DNA of 50,616 nucleotides from NCBI GenBank assembly GCA_026025075.1, contig JAPEUI010000055.1, forward strand, positions 62,001 through 112,616. The letters are read 5' to 3'. This DNA comes from Vezdaea acicularis (taxonomy: Eukaryota). The notes beneath the pieces were generated by a model that saw nothing but the letters and a program-made list of their open reading frames with translations, was not told the DNA's origin and ran no database searches. The number at the start of each line of letters is the position of its first letter. Position 1 is the first letter of the stretch. Below are positions 24,158 through 37,666 of the stretch, piece after piece. Both the position numbers and the translations under genes were made by a program.

Positions 24158-24458
24158 GCTGGAACATTGTTCAATACAGGAAGTTCTCAGATTGTGAACT
24201 TCCAATGATACGAGCATCATAGGAACAGCTTCGGCCCGCAGTCTTGATAGCTTTCGCGGCACAAGAAATGGTATATACGAAGAGGGAGATCTTAGCCACA
24301 TTTCTAGCTAAAATGGCGGTATCGGTACCATTTCCCACAGAGGCTCACAGGTTATACTTCATCCATCTGCACAGCTGTCGGGCCTGGGAGGTTGTGCGAG
24401 CATGTAAAATGTATTGATTGGCAAGCTCTTTACGGTGATAGAATGGGGTACGAAGCGA

Positions 24459-25236
24459 TCATCTCCTGGTTGCCGACGGTGCCAACCCGGGTACACCACT
24501 GTAACGCTCTTCTCTCTCCGTCTTGAACATGACCTGTATCCAGAACTCCTTGCTATCCTCATCAAACCACGTCCAGAATCTTCCCTCTTTCCTATCGACC
24601 TCTCGTGCCTGTAGCTTGAACCCACACGTTTCGTATGGCTCCGCTGCGACCAACAAGTACTGAAAATCTTTGTCAGGAGGATCGTCCACCTTCTGTTCAA
24701 AGGCTGACATGAACCGTACTCTTGGCTCAACGCCAGGCGTGATCTCCGGATACTGCAGCTGGAAAAGTAGTCCGTTCTGGCGGGTAAGGGGATCTCGAGT
24801 TTTTGTAATTTTGTATCCTGGTCTACCAATTTTGACGACATTTCTTTTCACTACAACCTGTTGTCCTATCGCACCAATCGGTAGACCAGTGACTGGATCA
24901 ACACCCTTTCCTTCTCGCTGCTCACGGGCTGCTCTTCTTGCCAAGTTTGTCTGATGCTTGCGACCTTGGGTGTGGGCGAGATAGCTGCCGTCATTCTGAT
25001 GTACTGTAAGGCACAGCCGACACTCGAAGCTGCCTACATGATTCTTAAAGAAGTAAGGGTCTTTATCAAGATCTATTGTCTCTAGGGCAAGTTTCCTGAG
25101 CCGTTCTCGGCGGTCTGCGTTTGTGGATGATTGAGAGGCAACACCACCTCCACCAAACTTCGAACCCGCACGGTTCTGACTATGTTAGCCTAGTACACGC
25201 TCTAAAGTAATGACCAAAGATTACCTGATAATCCAT
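24459..25236 (-). CDS. SAP62: Splicing factor SF3a subunit 2 (SAP62/Prp11)
   Basis: MDYQ|NRAGSKFGGGGVAS...RRERLRKLALETIDLDKDPYFFKNHVGSFECRLCLTVH...HTQGRKH (U1-type zinc finger), KIGRPGYKITK, RFMSAFEQ, AAEPYET. Intron 25176-25224. Confidence 0.97.
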
Positions 25237-25407
25237 CACTGATGTTCGTCTCTTTAGAAGTTTCGTGAAGGCTAATGAAGTGATACAAGGGCCCAGATGT
25301 GTATGTGGACCTTTAGAGAAGAGACCTGCGATCCTAACGCTAGCCTGAGATAGGTAATTTTTGGATGCCAAACGGCTAAGTCTCTTGCCCCATCTTCCAC
25401 GGGAAAT

Positions 25408-27325
25408 ATGGAGACAAGCTTTCACGAAAATCAGCGACTATCTTACGACTCCGTGTTGTGCACTGTGCGATACGTTGGTTCAGTTGAGGGAACAGAAGGT
25501 GCTTGGCTGGGAGTAGAATGGGATGATCCTCGGCGTGGGAAACATAGCGGAACTCATAAAGGGAAGCGATACTTCAAATGTACGCGTTGCTTCCTGCGAT
25601 CTTTGAAAAGACTATCACACCGAATCTAGAAGTCTATTTGTGATTTGCTGATCTTTTGATTAGGTAAAGATCCTTCTCCAACTGCTGGCTCATTCGTACG
25701 CCCTTCCAGGAGGGCCGATTCTCCTCTCAGCTTTTTGCAGGGATTGAACAAGAAGTATGCCTCAGATGGGAACCTTGAAAATGATGATGCCTCAAAAACA
25801 AGTCAAATACAATGGGGAGGTAAGGTGGTAGAAGAGGTGGGATTTGATAAAATTCGTCGAATACAAGCTAGGCTCCAAGAGTTAAAGGTTGTTCTCCTCG
25901 ATGGGCTCTGTATACGCGGCGTTGGAGTAAGCTCTAGAATACCAAAATCGCAAAATGAGAAAGAATTGGACGACATTGGTGAGACTTGTCGGAGCATTAG
26001 AGATCTAGACCTAAGCCGAAATTTGATTCAGGATTGGAGAGAGATCGTTGAAATATGTGGACGGCTTCCTGTACTAAGGAGCTTGCGACTTAGGTAGGTT
26101 GAGTAATTCTATTGCTTTATTTTGTCAGCAATCGAGTTTTGACTAGAAATGCAGTGGCAACCGTTTCATGGGTTTCGGTGAAGATGACATGAGAGAAGTC
26201 CCCTGCCCAACCCATGCACTTGCGAAGATCGAAGAGCTCGAGCTCGATAACACATTGCTAACGTGGAGCGAGGTAAGGAGTAATTGAAAGATAATTCTAT
26301 TGCTCGAGAAGTCTGACTAGTGCTAGCTACAAGCCTTACTTTCACACTTTACTTCACTTCAAAATCTCTCCTTCTCCTTTAATTATTTGGAGCGTCTCAA
26401 CGCGTGTCCCCTCTCACAAGCACTTGCAAGTATAAGTCTTGAATACAACAATATCACTAGAATCTCTGCTTTACAGCCATTGACGCAGCTGATGTCACTG
26501 AAATCACTCCATCTTCGTGGAAACCAAATCTCTTTAGTCAATGAAACTCCTAGTTCAGAGGCACCAATGAAGTTTCCGGAAGGATTGGCAGTTTTAGATC
26601 TATCGTATAACTTTATTGCGGATTGGGAGTTCATCGATGCCCTCAATCAAGTCTTTCCGGGACTTCTAGGCTTACGTGTGTCAAACAACCCGCTTTTTGA
26701 GAATTCGAAAGTCAGTGTTGAAGAAAGCTATATGCTCACATTAGCGCGTGTGCCCGGCCTTAAGACCTTGAATTTCAGTACCATCACCCAAGCTGAACGT
26801 ACTGACGCTGAGCTTCACTATCTCGCGATAATAAGTAGGCAGCTTTCCGCAAGTTCGCCCTCTCTATATTCTTCAGTACTACTATCACATCCGCGCTACG
26901 TCGCCTTGTGTGCTCTACACGGCACGCCTACAATTACCCGCACTATACAGGGTGCCGGGAGCAAAGAAGATAACTTTATGGAGAGATTCATTGCTATTTC
27001 GTGTCATTTTGATAAAGATGTCAAGGAGAAAGTCTTTGAAGTCCCTCGAGCGTGGACGGTTTACCAATTTAAAGCCCTACTCGGCCGGACGTATACCATA
27101 AGGCCTAGAGATATGCGGTGTATATGGGAAACGGACGAGAAAGATCCTGTAAGAGATGCAGATGGACGCTGTGGCGAAAGCGATAGTGAAGAGGACGAAG
27201 AGAATGGTGACAACGATAGAACGAAGGACTGGACTAACCGCGAAGTGGAGCTTGTAGATGGAACTCGAGAGATGGGGTTCTGGGTTGAGGGAAAGCAGGC
27301 ACGAGTCAGAATTGAAAAGAAGTGA
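25408..27325 (+). CDS. TBCE: Tubulin-folding cofactor E (CAP-Gly + LRR + Ubl)
   Basis: CAP-Gly motif TVRYVGSVEGTEGAWLGVEWDDPRRGKHSGTHKGKRYF, GKVVEEVGFDKIRRIQ, LRRs (LDLSRNLI, LHLRGNQI, LDLSYNFI), ERTDAELHYL, and a C-terminal Ubl-like region. Confidence 0.93.
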
Positions 27326-27772
27326 TCCCAAGACAGGATATCAATTCGAAAGGGGGTTTGATTGATATGATAACCAGCTGTCTTACCCGCCATGCTCGCT
27401 TCAGAATATTCTCCATGCCAACAAAATACGCCAAGCCTTATTTCGTTGCCTTGTTACATGTGTTTGGAACCAGTCACTTCGTGAGACATGCAGAAAGATC
27501 ATGAGAGCTATTGAACCATGCGCCCTAACCACTGAATGTTCTGCCAACACTTCTTCCCTTTGAGCGGAAAAGCTATTGCTATGCAAGGAAAACGGAGGGA
27601 TTAGTGAACGCCGATGCTGCAAATAAGGATCATCCGGATAATCGACAAGGTGGCAAAGATCTAAGATCTTTAGAAGTCAAAGAAGATTCTGATTTGATGA
27701 AAAGGCCCAGCGGTAAGAGCCAAAGTCACAAGCTAAATTATTTCTTTGGTTTCGAGATAAGCGACCTTCAGC

Positions 27773-29928
27773 TTAGCCTCGGAAAGCATCAAATCGTTTG
27801 TAGGTATAGCCGACAAATGGTAGGCTCATCTCGGCAGCATTCTCATCCTGATTTGCCAGAGCTTGTGCGCGCAAAGCTGCGCTGTTGTCGGTCTGATCAA
27901 TCTCGTCAGTTGGGAAGTAGGACGTGTCAACATTGGACTGTAATTTTGGCTCGAACGGGGCCCGGATCTTCCGAAGCTGATCCCAGTTGACACCCCTGAA
28001 AAATGAATGCTCTTTGAGCTCCGTAGCACCTCCACGACCAATGCGTTGACTGCTATCGCAGATGAGGCTAAGAGGAATTAGTGTAGGCTATGTGGATAAA
28101 CTGAAATCGGAAATCGATTGCATCACGTACCCTCGGCAAAGATCTTCGGCCTCTGGACCTAATTGGACATCTTCAGGGAAATATAACGTATCGCGCCAAG
28201 CTACAATCTTCCGGTACGTATCATGTGGATCTTCCGCGCAGAACGGAGGCCAACCAATCAGGCATTCGAACATGATAGTCCCTAAGCTCCACCAGTCACA
28301 CTCAAATGAATATCCTTGCCCGCTGAAGATCTCGGGTGCAATGTAATCAGGTGTACCAACTGTCGAGTAAGCCATCACACGACGAGACTTGCGCCAAGTG
28401 TTGATCTGGCTACGATTGCTGACAGTAAGATTGATTTGGTCAAGGGAGACTGAGTTTCGATCCTTTGCCTTACTAGATTTGCCGCTCAAAAGCTGTTGGT
28501 AATAGGAATTCTCGTGCTGCTTATGGAATCCAGTAGAAAGGCCAAAATCAGTCAACTTGATGTGCCCAAGCCTGTCGAGGAGAATATTGTCGGGTTTGAT
28601 ATCTCTGCAAAATGGTAAGAAAATGCTATTAGAAGCCGCGCATTCTGCGAACACCTACCGATGAATATAGCCTAATTTATGAACAGCCTCAATTGCCAGA
28701 ACAATCTCAGCCATGTAGAATCGTGTAATGTCCTCGGTGAAAATTTCATACTTAATGAGCATTGTCATGAGGTCCCCGCCAGGGAGGTATTCCATTAGCA
28801 TATATAGAAATACAGAGTCTTGAAAGGTTGTATAGAGCTTGACTACCCACGGACTATCAGACTCCGCTAGTATATCACGCTCAGCACGCACGTGGGCAAG
28901 CTGATCCTTCTTGAACATCTCACTCTTTATGAGTGATTTAAGCGCATATATTTGTCCATTCGTTCTCTTTTGCACCAGCTTTACTTCACCGAATGCTCCT
29001 TTGCCAATGATCTTTAGCGAACTAAAGCTTGCTGGCGTCTCCTTTGTGCGGAGGAATCGTAAGAAATCGGCTTCAGACTTTACGGAATTCGCGTATCTCT
29101 GATCTTTGCGGTTTGAGGGGACCAAGGGATCACTCATATACTTTTCTAAGTGTACCTGTCTGAATGAGTATAAATATTAGCATTGTTTGTATACACGGAC
29201 GTACCCTGGCTGTAAGCGTGAAGAAAGAATCAATAGAAGGGAGGGCTCGCTCTCAGGAGAATGTAACAAGATTACCTTTCGTTACGCTCACGAGCACGAG
29301 TCACGCTATTCTTGAAGTACTGCGAGACAAACTCCCCAACTCCAGTGCTACATTGTCGGACTCTTTGAGAGTACTTCTCAGGCTGGCGCTCCGGAGGTTT
29401 CTCATCAACAGGTTCCTGCGAAACGGGACCGTTTGGCAGTGGTGAATTGAGAAATCCACCATACTGTGATTGTCCAGCGTTTCCTGCAGTGCGTGGACGC
29501 GGAGACGCGTTTGCTTGACGAGCATACCCTGCATTACCCTGTCGAGCGTTTGGACCGCCGCCTAGGTTTTGATGTGAGAACTGATGCACGAGGCCATTGG
29601 TCGCATCATTTGCGTTGTATCCCCCTTGGCGTTGCAGGAGGGGTTGAGACGGGTTAGGGGCGAGAGCTTGTGAGTAATTGGCTTGCATTTGTTGTTGATA
29701 CTGAGGAGGATAAGGGTTGCTCATAAAATAACCGCCACCGTATCCATTTGAAATCTGTTGTCCATAGCCCCCTTGATTTGCCTGCGGTGGAAAGCCAGGG
29801 CTTGGTTGAGGAAAGGTCGAGGGGGTAGTGGGGTAGGCATGATCATTTGCTTGGTAGGCGCCACGATTCCGATCATCAAAATTGAAATTGAGCTGGAGAC
29901 GATTGTTATTTGTATTACTGGGGTCCAT
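27773..29928 (-). CDS. COT1: NDR-family Ser/Thr kinase Cot1/Cbk1/Orb6
   Basis: Q/N-rich N-terminus, [68 protein letters not shown], and a hydrophobic motif ending [12 protein letters not shown]. Confidence 0.97.
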
Positions 29929-30860
29929 GGCGAAGGAAGTAGCGTTATGTGTATTCAGGGAGCTCAGCAAATGCCCTAGAAGTAGTAATCAATTGCCGTG
30001 CGTGACGGTTACTAGTCGAGGAAGAATTGATTGCGAGCTTGATAATATGCTCCTATCTCCTCAGGATGGCGGGACTTTGGAGTATGACGAAGCTCTTGTG
30101 TCAACTTTAAGATGATGTGAACTAAGGAAAGGGGATATGAGAGTGCCTAAGATTGGAAAGGCATGGGCAAGTGTCAAAAACCAGGAGGTTTTCCGAGTTG
30201 GCAGAAGCAGGACTCACTCGCTAGAACAAGCGAGACTTTACGAAGTTACCTTGCGAGAAGCACCGTGTGCTTGAGAGTGAAGTAATCAATTGTTCCTTAT
30301 GGAGATGTCTGACCAGCTAGGCGATGCGAGTTGAAATGGCGTAGAGAGGCGCAGGAAAACACTCGTGGGTGGTTCTTACTGAACAGTCGCCTCGGCAAGT
30401 GGTTCTTGAGTAGGCAAGAGGAGAGGTCAAGCTCACAAGAAGTTGAGTATCCCTTTACGAAAAGCCTCACTTGAAGTTTTTGATGAGAACGTAGGTCAAA
30501 CAATTCTCATATTTTACATATGGTAGCTATAGAATAGTTTATTTATATCCTTTACTGCCAAACCAGATTGATTTGTTTTCAGTAGATTTATGTCGCAAGC
30601 CGCCGATGCCGTCTCAGTGTAATCAACATCCCTCTTAGACTTTGGAACGCAGGACTTAGTCGTAGACAAAAGAGTATCTCTGATTTATTGGCGCCTATGT
30701 GGGTCGAGTGGCGCTATCACTATGATTACACCAATCCATCCGCATACCCAAGCCGTCCTATCTCGCACATTTTTCCTAGGGTGCAGAGTACCTCTTACAG
30801 ATGCCGTCCGTTCCAATCGCTATGGTCCAAGCACCATACGCCTTCGATGCATTGAAGAAT

Positions 30861-31648
30861 TCACAAGTAATAAAGGAACAATAAACAGCAAAACGCGATA
30901 AAGCCTCCTAATACAATACCGTCTCTCCTTTTCTTAGCTCCTATTCTACCAATTAAGCTGTTTATACCAGGTATTTGACTTGCTGCAGTAGTGATTCTGC
31001 GATTCACTCTTGCTAACGTCTCCCTCTGTATCCCAAAATTTTCGTTCACTGCATACGCCTGACTTAGTACTCCATCAATCATCCCATGGCTGTTATCTAT
31101 ACGCTGCCGCTCTGACAGCATGTAATCTGCCTCAGCGGCCTCCGGATTAGATGCATGGTATGCATTGATATCCGACCGAACATTTGATAAGAGGTTAGAG
31201 CGGTCACGAGCATCGGATATGGATGCAGAGAGGCGCTTGAGCTCTTGTCGGTGCTCTTGAAGTACTTCCCGATGTCGCAAAAGATTGTTCTGTTTGAGAG
31301 CGGAAGAAGTGAGTGCGCTTTCGGAGTCGAGGAGACGAGTGAGCTGAGAAATTAGAGCTTCGCGCTTGTCGAAGTGTCAGCACATTACTATTACCATGAT
31401 GACTCTAAGGTATGTCGTACTTTTTCCAGGATATCTTGTATTTGTGCTTCAACCCGAAGCTCATCTTCTGATGGCTTCGGAGGCAGCTTTATAAGGCCAG
31501 CATACTGTGAATAGGTATGGAAGAGAGCTTCAGTCTACCCTGAGGATTAGCCAGAGATGCGAACGCAGGATAGAGATTAGACCTGAGTCTCGAGGGACCG
31601 CGCCTGCTGTCTCAGCTGGGCCCAGCCTGTGCCGGAAGATGAAGCCAT
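30861..31648 (-). CDS. GOS1: Golgi SNARE Gos1/GOSR1
   Basis: MASSSGTGWAQLRQQARSLETQ|..LFHTYSQY...RHREVLQEHRQELKRL...ERQRIDNSH..., with a C-terminal TM anchor after KKRRD. Confidence 0.95.
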
Positions 31649-31755
31649 GTTCAAGGGTATTGTCAATCTACCAAATTCTGGTTCTATACCCGCACCGATG
31701 GACAGTCATCGCAACAGCAATTAGTTACAGGCAATTTAATGCAGAAACGATCACA

Positions 31756-31802
31756 TTCGGCAAAAGCTAGCTAGTAAAGGTGCTAAACCTTCGGCAAAAG
31801 CT
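31756..31802. promoter_or_regulatory. 13-bp direct repeat in the GOS1/RPL35 bidirectional promoter
   Basis: TTCGGCAAAAGCT at 31756-31768 and 31790-31802, with a partial AAAAGCTTCCC copy near 31908. Confidence 0.5.
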
Positions 31803-31947
31803 TCCCTCACGAGAGATTTCATAACTCCTCGCTAAGCGAGGTCATAACCCTTCCACACGTATTGCGAAAAAGTTCGAGATCTGCTTCTCTCAAACACCGG
31901 TGACAATAAAAGCTTCCCCCGGCTTGATCACAATCCGTCTTTTCAAA

Positions 31948-32624
31948 ATGGTATGAACTCCTATCATCACTTTTCGATGTTTCTTAGTAGAAGTGTAGAA
32001 AGTAGCTAATTTGCAATGTTGTAGTCATCCGGAAAAGTAAGAATCGGCCAGCTTTGGGGAAAGTCAAAGGAGGACCTCAAGAAGCAACTCGACGAACTGA
32101 AGACCGAGCTCGGACAATTGAGGGTGCAGAAGATCGCCGGAGGTGCAGCCTCGAAGCTTACCAAAATGTATGCCGAATGACTATAGATGTGAACGAGCCA
32201 AGACCTTCAGAAGGACCCAGTAGCGCCTCCATAGCCTTACCTGAGCTCCTCCAATTTTCCCTCTGCAAATTATCAGAAAGGAAAGGGATAAATTGTTGAC
32301 TCCTCTCTTATTATAGACACGACCTCCGCAAGTCGGTTGCAAAGCTCCTTACCATAATCAATGCCAACCAACGCGCCCAATTACGACTCTTCTACAAGAA
32401 CAAAAAATACCTCCCACTGGATCTTCGCCCAAAGCAGACCCGAGCAATCCGAAGACGGCTAAGCAAGCATGAGTCATCTATCAAGACTGAGAAGAGTAAG
32501 AAGAAGGCGAAGCATTTCCCATTGCGGAAATATGCGGTAAAGGTATGTCACAACACAGGGAACTAGGAGATCTAGGGAAGATCGCGGAGTGAACGTGGCT
32601 GACTTCGTGTTAGGCGGAAGTATA
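31948..32624 (+). CDS. RPL35: 60S ribosomal protein L35 (uL29), 4 exons
   Basis: ATG-only first coding exon, then [40 protein letters not shown]...|[48 protein letters not shown]...[12 protein letters not shown]. Confidence 0.97.
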
Positions 32625-33064
32625 AAGCATAGGCAGAATCTGGGCAATGAAGCGCTAGTAAAATAATTGGTTTTGTACTAGGAAACATTCGCGTTGAGCT
32701 ACAGTGTACTCAACAGTCCTTATAATGCCAATCCCATCATAAACCCAATCATCCATAGTCTTTCTACTAATCATGACGCGTACTTGCTACAGATCGACCA
32801 GTCCTTGATGGAATTGGAAGAACACCAATTAGCTTCCAAGATCTCAAGTGCCGGAAGAAGCCTAGCTTGGATTGACGTACTTTTAATATCTGACCTACTA
32901 GACCATATGGCACGCCGGAAGGCGTCCAACTGCAAACCTCTTCTATCACACTCCAGGCAGAAATTCGTCATTTCTCAAAGGCATACACCCTTCCCAATGC
33001 GCTTCAACATATGCACCACCATTTGATGTCGCTCTAACGTCAAGATGATGCCAATGCCTATTGC

Positions 33065-36000
33065 TCAAAGCGCTTCCACCCCCTCCATCACATCTCCATC
33101 TGTAAATGAAAATTGACCGTTCTCAACCAAAGCGATGCTATCTAGCTCGGCTTGATATTCTTTGCGGATATCGTCAAGAGTTACGATTTTCCTCTTTGAG
33201 TCTGTTGAACCTAGAGCGGCCAGGTAAGCACCATCCATGACTAAAGTTTGTGATAGGTATAACTTATGGTCTCATGCCTGTATGCACGGTGGACCAAAGG
33301 GCGCTCTATTCGATAATGGGAGAGATTTGAAAGACGTACCAGGACTCAGTCTCCCCCTTTTCAGAGAGTTCTGATCCCGCTTCTTCTCAACTAATATCCA
33401 AGCCTGACCCTCTCCAAGGGTACTTAATATGTTGATTAGTGCTAGGTATGCTTGCGTGACTGCTGAGTTCTGCGTATCATTTGACACCGTTGAGGCCATG
33501 TGTAACCTCTGAAGCCTATCATAAAGGATGCTTGCAGCGCCTCGAAAATCTCCATGCTTGAGCCGCCATGCATATAGAATCTTATGATAAGGAGCTCCGG
33601 TATACAGATTCAATGTATTCTGGCATTTTTCCACGAGCGCTGCATCAATTTCAGGCTGCTGGCCAGTGAAGGGGAAAGTCAGAAGTAGAGAACTATTGCC
33701 GGAATCACACATCGTTGTGACAAGGCGTTGAGCACCGTTCTGCTGTCTGTAGGAGTATTTAGTTAAGTTGTCCGTAGTTTTGAATTGAAGTGTATGCATA
33801 CAGTTGTTTGTCAGTATACTGACAAAGGGTCGAGTATGCTATATCATAACGGGAACTTCTTATCGAACTACTGAAAAGGTCTGCAAGTAAACCAGATCGA
33901 AAATTCGACATCTACATCAATTTAGCTGAGGGCAAGCTTGTAACCATACAAAGGGAGCAAACCTCGTTCTCTAGACTGCTATTTACGTATTGCAATGCAA
34001 TGGCCGCAAAATCAGCTGCGAATGTGTAGTCTCGGTGCTTTCGGTACAAATCGGCGATGTGCTTGAAATATTTAGCTTGTCCGTGATGGAACAGCTGTGT
34101 CTCCTCCAAGTCCAAAAGATGGTCAGTGGTCTCCAGTGTTACATATTTGGGCGTTGACTGTGCCAATCCCAGAGCTGCCTTTTTGAACTGAAGTGCCGCA
34201 ATGCTGTTATGATTTCTGCTTAAATCAAGACGTCCTCGCAGGTAAGCGGAGAACTCTGAGCTAGGGAGAAACTTTGAGAACGAGGTTGCAAGCTCGAGCT
34301 CTCCACAGCGCAGGAGGTTGCAGAGAATAGCTCCAACTTTAGCCTCATATTCCTCAGCATCAAATAGTCCAGTTTGAATCAGCAGGTGATGCGAGTAATG
34401 AGTAATGAGAGAGGCGTGGGGATATTTAATTTGCGCACGTGGCAATGAAGAGAGCTCGACGATCAGTAAATGGAGCAAGGAGACTTCTCTGGATTTCTCA
34501 GACAGCGAAGGAGTGGCGCTGAGCTTTCTTGGGCCTGCCTCAGCTGAACCAATCTCCTTGGTAGGACGATTGAGGATCGAGCGTCGCGATAGCCAATACA
34601 GCACCTCATGCCCTTTGAGAGAAGATAGCAAGGTAAGGTAAATCTGTTCTGCGTCGAAGTGGTCAACTAGCTCTTCCTCACAAGCACTATCGATTGTCAC
34701 AAAGACCACTAGGACCAGGAGACTTTGAATCACAGATCTGTTTAACTCGATCGTCTCCTGCGCCACTCGTGTCAATACAGTAGCTCCGAATTCGGTCAAG
34801 AGGCCATCCCGCCCCTTTTTTGGCCCCTGAAGGATTATCTCGAGAGTAGCATCAAATAAGGTTGTGCTGAGACCTTCAAATCCTCCGAGAGGTTTCAAAT
34901 TGAGCTTCAGCTGGTTGTAGTCGTCGTCGCTAATCTGATCGACGAAATTGCATCTATCATAGAACGAAGTTATGCGGTCAGTGACCGAGGACGCTTGATC
35001 TTGAAAAAGCTCCGAATCTGTGATAGCTGCAGCAGATTGGTTGAGTGAACCAGGGAAATTCTCCACGAAGGTCGATGCGGCCCGTATGAGGGCGTGTACT
35101 GAGACGAGATCCACATCAGTACTACGTAACATATGGTTCAACTCGCATGTCTCCTGGAACTCCTTCTGGTGAAATGTTTCTGGTCGGCTATGCAAAACCA
35201 ATTCAAGGTCGCTACAATTACGGATGGCAGAGACGCCTCCTGAGCTTACGACCCATGTAAGGCCTTCCGACACATCGATCGCAATCGACAAAGCCTCTCC
35301 GCTTTGCTTCTGCAGATCCTTCGCTGCTCGATATAGACGGCGCCATTGTAGATCAATATCTAGATGATATCGATGGTAGTCCATGGCACCGTCAGCATTC
35401 CTGCTCAGAGTAACAGTAGACCCTATAGAAGAACACATCCTTTCTCTTAGCGCCTTATTATGTGAAGCAGATGAGCGAGGCCGCTTGCTGACTGAGTGTT
35501 CGTAGACGCTAAGCGCTGTCTCCAGCATAGGCATCGTGAATCTCCCAGGACAATACAGGTACTCGAGCCATTGCTCTGTAGTGTCAGCCGGCTTTAATTC
35601 TGATGGAGCCGGAAGTGGTACATCCTTCAGTCTCTCGGTAGCTGCTGCACACCATGCCCTATTCCAGCTCTGAGGTGCTTCCAGTATGTCGATATCCTGG
35701 CGATGTACTTGATAATTAGTATTATTTTTCCATAGGATGGTCATGACCTTGCTCTGCGCATTAGCCGTAGCTGTGACGTTGAACTGTGCTATCGTCCATA
35801 TTTCTGAAGATGGTGCTTTTGGCTCAAAAACGGTATCGGGAAACATGTCTTCCATGTACACTTGGTCGTTTGGAGACTGTTTGACAGCCCAGAATTTGAA
35901 CTGGCCTGGTCCAATTGGCGAAAAGGTGACAAGATAGTATAAATCTCCATCCGAGCAGCTCTCTCCAAGCACTACCATTAAGCTCGCTTGTGATGGATCT

Positions 36001-36998
36001 ATTTGGAAGCTTGCCGCTTCTTCTGGTTTGCGATCTTCATCCAAGAGGTCTTTGCTACAGTCGACAAGCCCCTTCTCCAAGTTCCAAGCTTTCAGAGTAT
36101 GGTCTAAAGTTACGGTGAACAAGTAAGAATTATCCGGGGAGAATGCGATTGATGTGGCAGTGCTCCGTGCTAAGTTCATATTCCCATATCGTATTGAATT
36201 CTGACCTTGCCAGGTAAGGTAGCCCCTAAGAGAAGACTTCCATCCGCCTTCGGTAAGGACAGACTCCCGCCAAAATGATCCTGTGTACTATTTAGAGGCT
36301 TCTTATGTTGTGAGATTATATGGCTTACCGTCGCCGCCATGTTCCCGTGTCAGACGCAGAAGCCCTCCATCATGGAGAGAGATCAGAAGATCGTAAGCAC
36401 TGGCAGCTGCCAGCCGATGTGGGTACCGGATGGTGAAGGCTGAGGGCAAAAACGTTTTGTAACAGTCGCTCGCATTACCCTCAGACCCAGCGGAACCACA
36501 AAACAAAGAGTCGCGAAGTGAGAGTGTATAGAGGTCATTAGATATTGTTAGAATGAAGACATTCAAGGACGCTTGTCCTTCGGCATCCGCGAACGCAATA
36601 CCAGCAGGCCGGATAGGATTCGGAAAGACAAACTTGAGAGTCAATCCTATTTCGGTCCAGCTCTCTGACTTCTTACTGATACCCTTATGTTTATTCAGGT
36701 CCACCGCCCGAAGAGAGAGAGTCTTCCCGCCGTCTAGCACTCTCCAGAGCACGCTTCTAGGGTATTTGTCGTGCCTTATATGGATCGAGGAGGCTGAAGC
36801 CAGGAATTTCTCGGCAAACGCGGTTTCGTCTTCGGTGAAAGAGAGCTTGTCAGGTTGGAACTGTTGGTAGGACCTTCTCCCATCTCGAGTGGAGGAACTG
36901 TGAGTTGGCAGGCGTATCAGGACCGTTGAGTCCGAGTAAGATGATTCCGAGTGAACCTGCGTCTCTTTAAAGACATAGTATGGTACTTTCTCCGCCAT
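33065..36998 (-). CDS. NUP120: Nucleoporin Nup120/Nup160
   Basis: YYVFKETQV, LASASSI..R..KYPRSVLWRVL, GGLLRL, LFTVTLDHTLKAWNL, GQFKFW, PYHKILYAWRLKHGDFRGAA and a final KIVTLDDIRKEYQAELD. Multi-exon. Confidence 0.9.
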
Positions 36999-37666
36999 GA
37001 CAGCCCATTGATCGACTGCAAGGGTTTCGCGACGAACCGCGTGAAAGGTCGATACGACACGCTTTCAAGCTTTGGTTGTCGACGGGAAATTTCCGACGTA
37101 GGCCGGCGGATCGTTTCTGCGAGTCCGGCCGCTCCAACAAAGAGACACCTCGGCAGGCAATAACTAGAAGTCTTTCAAGCTTCGAAAGTTTTGTATACAA
37201 CTATGAGATTTACGAATCATCCAGACTCACTCATACGAATAAAAAGCATATGAGGTCCTGAACACTGGGGCGCTGCATAGTCTTAGAAGTTTAACTTTCA
37301 TGTGTTACCTCCGGGAACTGAGCCATGAAGTTCTCAAATCTTCCTGACACAACCGTAGCGTGACGTTTTCCATCAAAGCTCCTTTTTGGCCACAAAGCGC
37401 CTACTTCGTCCCCCAACGTTCACGTCACTTGTGCACCACTTCGGATCGGAAAGATCGTTTGACCAGGGACTCATTTCATTAGCCTGTTCTCGCATGATGG
37501 AATCGCCAAAATGCGAGCTATGCGATCGAAGGGCCGATGTTTCATTATTGATTATCATGTGCAATTCGAATCCCCAAACGCCAGCAGATGTTTAGTTCCG
37601 CTATCGGTGTCTCGAAAGTCCTAGTCGTGGGCAAAAAAGACAGTGCATAGCCCGTGTTCCGCGTGG

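Noticed and set aside
29160..29275. COT1 intron 1 as a classical stwintron ([D1,2], [D2,3] or [A2,3])
   Set aside because: Excising either half does not rebuild a split donor or acceptor giving the conserved frame. Kept only as the micro-exon hypothesis.
37540..37590. TTCGAATCCCC resembling a tRNA T-arm
   Set aside because: No GGTTC context, D-arm or cloverleaf pairing.
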